DNA of 38,438 bases from an uncultured bacterium (GTDB taxonomy: Bacteria > Latescibacterota > UBA2968 > UBA8231): the NCBI GenBank assembly GCA_964012055.1, contig CAXGRO010000003.1:1-38438 (forward strand). Reading direction: 5' to 3'. Both the position numbers and the translations under genes were made by a program. Below are positions 31,504 to 38,438 of this stretch, piece by piece; the first letter of the stretch is position 1; each line of letters begins with the position of its first letter. The notes beneath the pieces are model-generated. The model had not been told where the DNA came from and made no database searches. It saw only the letters and a program-made list of their open reading frames with translations.

Positions 31504-33012
31504 TTAAGATTCAGGCTCTTTAGGTGGGGTTTCAGGAACAGCGGGTCGAATCGTATTGGTAGAAAGACTGGAATTTTCCAGGTAACCGTAAAGCTGACTC
31601 AACTGGCTGTGCACTTTCCTTAAATGTTCGTTATCTCTAATGTGGCGGCTGTAGCGCCACTGAACGAGTTCGTCGTGTTCGAGGGGTATGCCCTCAGGTT
31701 CGTAAGCAAATTGTAGACCGTGCTGCAACACGGTGCGATCCTGCGAAGTGCTCAAGCGCGTGCGCACGATCTGGGCTACGACAGTAATTTTGAAGGGCAG
31801 TTCGGGTTTGAACTGCTTGACCGCGTCGGGGAAGTGAATGTGTGGATAAAAAGTAAAATGCAGCATGGGGCCTTTTAATCTCTCAAAGGTCTTTTCCCAG
31901 TACTCTCCTTCAAATTCAACTTCGTCATCCACATTGGGCGGACATTCATCGCCCAGAATGAATTTGAGTAATTCTGGACTGCTCTCAATCAAACAACCAC
32001 AAATACTGTAGTCGACGAATTCCACTTTGAGGCCCGATTCTTCGCGCATAAATTCGAGGGGCCGTACCACCTCATTTTGAGTGCGTACTTCCATGACTTC
32101 ACAGAGCATTTGATAGTACTTACTCTGGTAATCGAAGAAGGTTAGGATTTTTTCGCCCGGGTGGAGATTGTACGGATTTTCTTCCCCTTTTCTTATACCG
32201 GCCTTAGTTGATTTTTTTAAATACAGCACATCGCGCAAGGGTTCCATTTCGATCCCTAAAACGTTGATTTCGCCCAAAAGAAGCTCGACATCTTTCTTTT
32301 TTACCATGCTGCCCGAGGTATCTTTTAATACCTTGGATACCTGTAAGGAGCGTTCGTGGGGCTGGCGTTTGAGCATGAGATCGCGGAATTGATTGATTGC
32401 ATCACGCGTAGTAAAGGGCCCTTGGTAATCTTCTTCGGCGAAGTCGTTTACCTGCATGTCGGTCAACAAAACCGGGGGGACGCCATCGGCGGGGAATTCT
32501 TTATTGGTGGAGCGCAGAAAGGCCTCAAAGGTGACGTGCGTAGTTAGGGGAATGCGCGAATCGCCGTAATTTTTAAGCGTATAGCGCATATACTGGCGCT
32601 TGTCCTCTTTTTTGAGGGCACTGATGGGAGAGAGTTTATACGCCGCTTTGGCGTGAAAATCGAGCGCCTCGGCAATTTCGGGCAGAATGCGAAAGCGCCC
32701 TATGACGCGGCAGTTGAGGCGGTGGGGGACGCGGCGATGGAAGAATTTTAGAGAGACCCTTTTGGTATTGAGGTTTTGGTCTTTGGCAATTTTGAGATTG
32801 TCAGGTGTGGTTAGATAGAGGTTTGATCCTTCACTGTAGAGTTTTTTATCGCGTCGCAAGAAAAAGGCTTTGCCCAATTCTTCGTGCTCGGTGTTTTCTT
32901 TTTCCAAATAGACCAGAGCGGAAGCGGGGCTGAGTTCGGCGAGATTATCGATTTGTTTTCTGGGGTCGAAAGTTTTTCCCTTATTTTTCTTGCGACTAAA
33001 GAAATCAAACAT
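31504..33012 (-). CDS. Hypothetical protein (502 aa), putative PilZ-domain c-di-GMP receptor with an internal domain duplication
   Basis: RQYMR (RxxxR, aa 139-143), DYSICG (DxSxxG, aa 334-339), AQIVR...HGLQF PilZ-like terminal strands; SD-like AAGGA upstream; ORF is solid, function is inferred. Confidence 0.7.
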   Translation of the reverse strand: MFDFFSRKKNKGKTFDPRKQIDNLAELSPASALVYLEKENTEHEELGKAFFLRRDKKLYSEGSNLYLTTPDNLKIAKDQNLNTKRVSLKFFHRRVPHRLNCRVIGRFRILPEIAEALDFHAKAAYKLSPISALKKEDKRQYMRYTLKNYGDSRIPLTTHVTFEAFLRSTNKEFPADGVPPVLLTDMQVNDFAEEDYQGPFTTRDAINQFRDLMLKRQPHERSLQVSKVLKDTSGSMVKKKDVELLLGEINVLGIEMEPLRDVLYLKKSTKAGIRKGEENPYNLHPGEKILTFFDYQSKYYQMLCEVMEVRTQNEVVRPLEFMREESGLKVEFVDYSICGCLIESSPELLKFILGDECPPNVDDEVEFEGEYWEKTFERLKGPMLHFTFYPHIHFPDAVKQFKPELPFKITVVAQIVRTRLSTSQDRTVLQHGLQFAYEPEGIPLEHDELVQWRYSRHIRDNEHLRKVHSQLSQLYGYLENSSLSTNTIRPAVPETPPKEPES

Positions 33013-33053
33013 CGGAATTTGTCCTTGGAAATAGGATATAATAGATCACTATA

Positions 33054-33081
33054 ATGATAAGCTAAGCCAATATAGTGTCAA
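33054..33081 (-). promoter_or_regulatory. Putative sigma70 promoter for the 502-aa gene
   Basis: Minus strand TTGACA (33081-33076), 16 nt spacer, TATCAT (33059-33054), about 40 nt upstream of the ATG. Confidence 0.55.
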
Positions 33082-33201
33082 GTATAACATAGCAGAAATT
33101 ATTGTAAGGCATATAGTTCGGAAAATATGATAATGGCAAGTAGGCAGTGGGATAATGTCATTTTGGCACTTGTGGCATCTCTTTTGGAGAGAAAAGAAGG
33201 A

Positions 33202-33217
33202 CGGCATGAAATTTGCA
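33202..33217 (+). promoter_or_regulatory. Putative sigma54 (-24/-12) promoter upstream of lon
   Basis: CGGCATGAAATTTGCA: GG (33203-33204), exactly 10 nt, GC (33215-33216), with GGCA and TTGCA consensus context. Confidence 0.7.
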
Positions 33218-33301
33218 TCTACAAGCAGAAGTGAGGATTTATAAGGACAGTTTACTGCTCTTGTCTTAATGTTTGGATAAAGAGACCGCAAGGAGATTAA
33301 A

Positions 33302-35653
33302 ATGGCTACAAACGACCACGAAACCCTATCTATCCCCGAGCATTTGCCGGTATTGCCTCTGCGAAATATGGTATTATTTCCGGGAACGCCCACTCAATTA
33401 CTCGTAGGTCGCGCCGGTTCGCTGCAATTGATTCAGGATGCTTGGGAAGGAAATCGACTCATAGCTATTACTGCTCAGAAGGAAGGGGAGAAGGAAGCAC
33501 CGCAACCGGAGGATTTGTACGAGGTTGGCGTCGTGGCGGTTATCCATCGAGTGTATAAATTGCCGGATAATCATTTGCAGATTCTGGTGCGTGGCACAAA
33601 GCGCATGCGGTTGGTGGAGTACACGCAGACTTCTCCCTATCTACAGGCGCGATTGGGGGCACTGGAGGATGCTGAATTAGGCACCCAAGAAGAACAAGCC
33701 CTGGCTCAAAACTTATCGCAGCAATTCCAAAAAATGGTTACCTTGGTGCCAACACTGGATAATGAATTGCAAGTGGCCGCAATTAGTTTAGAAAAACAGC
33801 CGGCGCAACTGGCCGATTTTATCGCGGCCGGGTTGGATTTGCCCATTGCGGAAAAACAGTCACTGTTGGAAGAATTGTCGGCACGCAAGCGGCAGGAAGA
33901 GTTGACAGTTTTATTAAATCGCGAATTGTCTATTTTGGAAATGGGACACAAAATCCAAAACCAAGTCCAAGAAGAAGTGGGCCAGGTTCAGCGCGAGCAC
34001 TATCTGCGCGAACAGATGAAAGTTATTCAACAAGAACTGGGAGAAGATGGGTCCGGCGAGTTGGAGGAATTGCGCAAGCGCATCGATAAAGCCAAATTGC
34101 CCGAAGAAGTGGAGAAAGAAATTCGGCGGGAATTCGATCGTTTAACCCATATTCCTTCTAGTGCCGCCGAGTACACTGTGGTGCGCACGTATTTGGACTG
34201 GATCTTAGGCTTGCCCTGGGGAAAGGCTTCTAGGGACCGTTTGGATATAGGCAAAGCGCGCCAAGTTTTGGAAGAAGATCACGAAGGATTGGATAAGATT
34301 AAAGAGCGCATCTTGGAGCATTTAGCTGTGCGCAAACTCAAAAAGGATTCAAAGGGCCCCATCTTCTGCTTTGTTGGTCCTCCAGGAGTGGGCAAGACAT
34401 CGCTAGGAAGGTCCATTGCACGAGCTATGGGAAGAAAGTTTGCGCGCATTGCTCTAGGTGGGGTGCACGATGAAGCCGAAATACGCGGTCATCGGCGCAC
34501 CTATATCGGCGCTTTACCTGGTCGCATTATTCAAAGTTTACACAAAGTAGGGACCAATAATCCCGTCCTCATGTTGGACGAAATCGACAAAGTCGGAGCC
34601 GATTTTCGCGGCGATCCGGCCGCTGCCCTGCTGGAAGTCTTAGACCCCGAGCAGAACAGTACATTTGCCGACCATTACCTTGATCTGCCCTTTGATCTCT
34701 CCAAAGTAATGTTTATTGCCACGGCCAATCAGTTGGAAACAATTCCCCCTGTTTTATTGGATCGCATGGAGGTTATACAACTTTCAGGTTACACTGAGGA
34801 TGAAAAAGTTCGCATCGCCCGAACCCATTTATTGCCGCGCCAATTGCGCGAGCACGGCTTGCAGCGCCGCAAAGTGAAAATCGATGATGAGGTAATGAGG
34901 GGGCTGATACGTAAGTACACCCAAGAGGCCGGCTTGCGCAATCTGGAGCGAGAAATTGGACGGATTTGCCGCAAGATTGCGCGCCAGGTAGTGGAAGGAC
35001 AGAAGGGTGGTTTTGCGATCTCTCAGGACGATTTAGCGCAGTATCTGGGCGCGGAAAGAGTTCAGGTTACTGGGCGCGAGAATGTCGGCCGACCGGGGAT
35101 TGTGGCGGGTCTGGCATGGACGCCGGTGGGCGGCGAAGTCATGTTTGTCGAGGCGACCAAGATGCGCGGGAGCAAAGGGCTGACATTGACCGGCAAATTG
35201 GGGGAAGTTATGAAGGAATCCGCCCAGATTGCGCTTTCCTATGTGCGCACGCGGGCGGGCGAGTGGGGTATTGATCAAAATTTCTTCGACAAGCAGGATA
35301 TCCACGTCCACTTGCCTTCCGGCGCCGTTCCCAAAGATGGGCCTTCTGCCGGAGTGACCGTAGCTACCTCTTTGCTCTCTTTATTGACGGGCAGGTCGGT
35401 ACGTGAAGACGTGGCCATGACCGGAGAAGTAACATTAAGAGGTCGTGTCTTGTCAGTAGGTGGCATAAAGGAGAAGGTATTGGCCGCTCATCGCGCCGGC
35501 ATGAATACGGTCATTTTGCCGCGGCGCAACGGCAAAGATCTGGAAGAATTGCCCGATACCGTACGGCAGCAATTGAATTTTGTTTTAGTGGAGGATCTGG
35601 CCGAGGTCTTCGAGGCGAGTCTGGCGGAGAAATCCGTACGCCGAGCGGCGTAG
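33302..35653 (+). CDS. lon: ATP-dependent protease La (LonA)
   Basis: LPVLPLRN N-domain, Walker [10 protein letters not shown], Walker B MLDEIDK, catalytic PKDGPSAG and GGIKEK; SD AAGGAG. Confidence 0.98.
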   Translation: MATNDHETLSIPEHLPVLPLRNMVLFPGTPTQLLVGRAGSLQLIQDAWEGNRLIAITAQKEGEKEAPQPEDLYEVGVVAVIHRVYKLPDNHLQILVRGTKRMRLVEYTQTSPYLQARLGALEDAELGTQEEQALAQNLSQQFQKMVTLVPTLDNELQVAAISLEKQPAQLADFIAAGLDLPIAEKQSLLEELSARKRQEELTVLLNRELSILEMGHKIQNQVQEEVGQVQREHYLREQMKVIQQELGEDGSGELEELRKRIDKAKLPEEVEKEIRREFDRLTHIPSSAAEYTVVRTYLDWILGLPWGKASRDRLDIGKARQVLEEDHEGLDKIKERILEHLAVRKLKKDSKGPIFCFVGPPGVGKTSLGRSIARAMGRKFARIALGGVHDEAEIRGHRRTYIGALPGRIIQSLHKVGTNNPVLMLDEIDKVGADFRGDPAAALLEVLDPEQNSTFADHYLDLPFDLSKVMFIATANQLETIPPVLLDRMEVIQLSGYTEDEKVRIARTHLLPRQLREHGLQRRKVKIDDEVMRGLIRKYTQEAGLRNLEREIGRICRKIARQVVEGQKGGFAISQDDLAQYLGAERVQVTGRENVGRPGIVAGLAWTPVGGEVMFVEATKMRGSKGLTLTGKLGEVMKESAQIALSYVRTRAGEWGIDQNFFDKQDIHVHLPSGAVPKDGPSAGVTVATSLLSLLTGRSVREDVAMTGEVTLRGRVLSVGGIKEKVLAAHRAGMNTVILPRRNGKDLEELPDTVRQQLNFVLVEDLAEVFEASLAEKSVRRAA

Positions 35654-35671
35654 GGGCTGCGGAGCAGGTAA

Positions 35672-37045
35672 TTGGAATACGCGGAAAATCAACAGCCGCG
35701 GGTACTGGTGGTGCTGCCAGAAACCGCTCAGACTAAAGAGTTGGTCGCTTATCTAGAAGGCCGTCAATGTGAAGTTCTCTGGGTCAAGGAAGGGCAGAAT
35801 GCCTATGATGTTATCGACGTCGACAGGCCAGATGCCATCATTTGTGCCCTGCGTGAGCCGCGCATAGACGGTCTGCGGCTCTTACAGGTAGGCCGCCAGC
35901 GCAATGCCGAAGTATGCACTATCCTGGTGGTTGATCCCGAAGACATAGAATTGGGTGTAGAGGCAATGCGCCAGGGGGCTTATGACTTCCAACTTCGGCC
36001 TCTAAATTTGGAAAAAGTCGAGGCCGTACTACAGCGCGGCTTGTCACACCAACAATTGGTTGGAGAATTTTCCGAATTACAGCGTCGTTTGGACGACCGC
36101 TTTCGCTGGGGAGGAATTGTGCGCCGCTCCTCTTCTTGGCAACGCATTTACGGTCAGATTGAGCAAGTTGCCCAGTCTAAGGCCAGTGTACTGATCGTCG
36201 GCGAGACAGGCACGGGCAAGGGAGAAGTTGCCAAAGCCATTCATCAGCAGAGCCGCAGGCGCGAGCAGCCCTTTGTCGAAATTAACTGTGGTGCCTTACC
36301 CCAAGCCCTAGTAGAGAGCGAATTGTTCGGTCACGAAAAAGGGGCCTTTACCGGCGCTACTGCCCTGCGCAAAGGTCGTTTTGAGTTGGCCGATCAAGGC
36401 ACGCTCTTTCTAGACGAAGTGGGCGATATTCCACTGCCGATCCAGGTAAAATTGCTTAGGGCCATACAGGACGCCCAATTCGAACGCGTAGGCGGTGCAC
36501 AAACCCATAAGGTAGACGTTCGAATTTTGGCTGCGACCCACCGCGAGTTGGATCACATGGTGGAACAGGGGGACTACCGCGCCGACCTGTACTATAGGCT
36601 CTGCGTGATCGCCATCGAAGTACCGCCGCTGCGCCAATGTCGAGAAGACATTCCCCTTCTGGTAGACGCCTTTATTCAACAATTTGCCGCCGAAAATGGC
36701 AAGCAAGTAGAAGGCATTACTTCGGGCGCAATGGACGCCCTATTAGAGTACGATTGGCCCGGCAATGTGCGCGAACTCAAGAACTGTATCGAAGGCATGG
36801 TAGTTATGTGTCCCAACCATGGGCGACTCGAAATTAGCGATATCCCTCGACATATTGGGCGCCAGGGACCGGCAGTGGCGGGAATGCATTTTAGGGTGGG
36901 AATGACCTTACACGAAGTGGAAAAAACCGCCCTTGCAGAGACATTAAAGGCGGTCAATTATAATCGGCGACGGGCGGCGGAAATTCTCGGTGTTGGGCTC
37001 AGTACTGTTTACCGCAAAGAAAAAGAATACGGAATAAGAAAGTAA
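35672..37045 (+). CDS. Sigma54-dependent enhancer-binding protein (NtrC family) with atypical receiver domain
   Basis: GETGTGK, ESELFGHEKGAFTGA, LFLDEV, WPGNVREL and Fis-type HTH (AAEILGVGLSTVYRK); REC fold lacks the phospho-acceptor Asp. Confidence 0.93.
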   Translation: MEYAENQQPRVLVVLPETAQTKELVAYLEGRQCEVLWVKEGQNAYDVIDVDRPDAIICALREPRIDGLRLLQVGRQRNAEVCTILVVDPEDIELGVEAMRQGAYDFQLRPLNLEKVEAVLQRGLSHQQLVGEFSELQRRLDDRFRWGGIVRRSSSWQRIYGQIEQVAQSKASVLIVGETGTGKGEVAKAIHQQSRRREQPFVEINCGALPQALVESELFGHEKGAFTGATALRKGRFELADQGTLFLDEVGDIPLPIQVKLLRAIQDAQFERVGGAQTHKVDVRILAATHRELDHMVEQGDYRADLYYRLCVIAIEVPPLRQCREDIPLLVDAFIQQFAAENGKQVEGITSGAMDALLEYDWPGNVRELKNCIEGMVVMCPNHGRLEISDIPRHIGRQGPAVAGMHFRVGMTLHEVEKTALAETLKAVNYNRRRAAEILGVGLSTVYRKEKEYGIRK

Positions 37046-37053
37046 AATAAAGC

Positions 37054-38438
37054 TTAGTGGCTGCCCTCGTAGAACGATTTAATTAGGTTATTGAGCGCTT
37101 CCTGTGGGTTGCGCAATATAGCAGGGGTGACAGTAAAATTCTGCAAGTTAGCCAGTTTTAGGCCGTGACCATAGTCGGCAAAAATGTCCTCGCACAAGTC
37201 GCGGGGTGATTTCTCTTGCCCATGTGCTGTCTTTTTAACCCATTTGCGCGTTTCGGCATCAAAGTGCAAATGGATGCCGTGGTCAGCGGCAAAAGCATTT
37301 ATAAACGATTGCAGCGAGTGCTCGTCTAATAGCTGATCAAGCTCGTTCTCCGGATCTTTGACAATGGCAGCTGTTAGCTCAAAATCCTCTATATCCGTGG
37401 ATGGCAATTTCTTTTCGAAAGGAATCAGGACCTTTTCTATAGCGCCAACCAAGCCGCGGGCTCCCGTGCGCTCTTCGTAGGCGCGCGTCGCCAGCACTTG
37501 AAGGGCCTCATCGGTGAACTCGATTTCGATTCCGTAGGCGCGAAAATCGCGTTTTTTGGCGAGAATGACACTGCTTTTGGGCGCGCGCAGAATTTCTAAT
37601 AGATCCGTACAGCTGAGTGGGTCGAGCACGGCGATGACGGGCAGGCGACCGACAAATTCCGATTCAAAACCGTATTCCATCAGATCTTCCGAGCGCGTTT
37701 GTCTAAAGAGATCGGATTTGTTGAATTGGGACGGGTCGTTCGCATCGTCGCGGTTGAGGCGAAAACCTACGGCGCCCTGATTGAGGCGTCGTGCTATAAT
37801 TTCGTCCAGGCCCGAAAAGGCGCCGCTAACGATGAACAGGATATTGCGCGTATTGATCTTCTGGCGTTCTGCCTTACCGGTGCGTTGGATTTGCATGACG
37901 GATTCCATCTGCGAAGCCAGGTCGTGGGCCGAACGCAGGTCCACTTCAGTTTCTTCCATAAGCTTGAGCAGATTGCGCTGCACGCCCGAGCGCGAGACAT
38001 CTAGGCCAACGGTATTACCGCTGGAAGCAATCTTGTCTATCTCGTCGATGTAGATAATACCGTACTGGGCCGTTTCAACATCCCCATCTGCTTCGCGCAC
38101 TAACTCGCGTACTAGATCTTCTACGTCCCCCCCTACATAGCCCGTTTCGCTGAACTTAGTCGCGTCTCCTTTGACAAAAGGCACGCCAATCTTGCGGGCA
38201 ATGAGTTTTATCAGATAAGTTTTGCCCACGCCGGTCGGACCGATCATCAAGACGTTGCTTTTTATATTTCCAATAAGATCCTCCTCCGGATCGGGGGGGA
38301 GGTTTAGGCAGTTGAAGTGCGTGCATATCTTGGTTGCAAGGATGGCTTTTGCGTTTTCTTGCTCAATTACATATTGGTCGAGGTAGGCTTCTAATTCTTC
38401 CGGTTTTAAATCAAAGTGGAAACCCTGGCTGGGGGGGG
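37054..38438 (-). CDS. ClpX-like AAA+ ATPase (5' partial; frame stays open to the window edge)
   Basis: Upstream in-frame FDLKPEELEAYLDQYVIEQENAKAIL..KSNVL, then GPTGVGKT, GYVG pore loop, IYIDEIDK, VGF loop, EFVGRLP and TGARGL. Confidence 0.88.
   Translation of the reverse strand, partial: PPSQGFHFDLKPEELEAYLDQYVIEQENAKAILATKICTHFNCLNLPPDPEEDLIGNIKSNVLMIGPTGVGKTYLIKLIARKIGVPFVKGDATKFSETGYVGGDVEDLVRELVREADGDVETAQYGIIYIDEIDKIASSGNTVGLDVSRSGVQRNLLKLMEETEVDLRSAHDLASQMESVMQIQRTGKAERQKINTRNILFIVSGAFSGLDEIIARRLNQGAVGFRLNRDDANDPSQFNKSDLFRQTRSEDLMEYGFESEFVGRLPVIAVLDPLSCTDLLEILRAPKSSVILAKKRDFRAYGIEIEFTDEALQVLATRAYEERTGARGLVGAIEKVLIPFEKKLPSTDIEDFELTAAIVKDPENELDQLLDEHSLQSFINAFAADHGIHLHFDAETRKWVKKTAHGQEKSPRDLCEDIFADYGHGLKLANLQNFTVTPAILRNPQEALNNLIKSFYEGSH

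Noticed and set aside
33173-33187. Second sigma54-like element TGGCATCTCTTTTGG
   Set aside because: The -12 position is GG rather than GC; the element at 33202-33217 fits better
33049-33393. 114-aa minus-strand ORF across the divergent promoter region
   Set aside because: Overlaps the lon start antisense and all the promoter motifs; composition is not protein-like
36040-36720. Calling the activator FleQ/FlrA with a c-di-GMP site
   Set aside because: The FleQ LFRS and ExxxR motifs are not recognisable (RFRWGG and DAFIQ at the equivalent places) and no flagellar genes are nearby; the RLDDR in the linker is too weak on its own
1-38438. Mobile elements, CRISPR arrays, introns or inteins, rRNA
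   Set aside because: No transposase or integrase ORFs, no spaced repeats, core genes are of normal length, and no intergenic gap is large enough

Overview
Bacterial chromosomal window with two parts. (1) Positions 39-28617 hold an uninterrupted + strand transcription/translation supercluster: tRNA-Trp(CCA), secE, nusG, rplKAJL, rpoBC, rpsLG-fusA-tuf, the S10, spc and alpha clusters through rplQ, then an intrinsic terminator. Departures from the usual layout: rplC (L3) is absent between rpsJ and rplD; adk, map and infA are absent between secY and rpmJ; the tRNA-Trp has two acceptor-stem mismatches; RpoB carries D516Q and S522D (E. coli numbering) in the rifampicin pocket. (2) Positions 28630-38438 hold rlmD, two convergent hypothetical genes, lon, an NtrC-family activator and a partial ClpX-like ATPase. 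By manual alignment the two hypotheticals look like paralogous YcgR/PilZ-like proteins; one keeps both c-di-GMP motifs, separated by an internally duplicated domain. lon has a sigma54-type promoter, the activator has a non-phosphorylatable receiver domain, and the ATPase has a duplicated C-terminal small domain. This second region is the best candidate for an undescribed system (possible c-di-GMP/sigma54-linked proteolysis module), but the linkage is inference. No mobile elements, CRISPR arrays or rRNA were seen. All calls come from reading the sequence; no searches were run.
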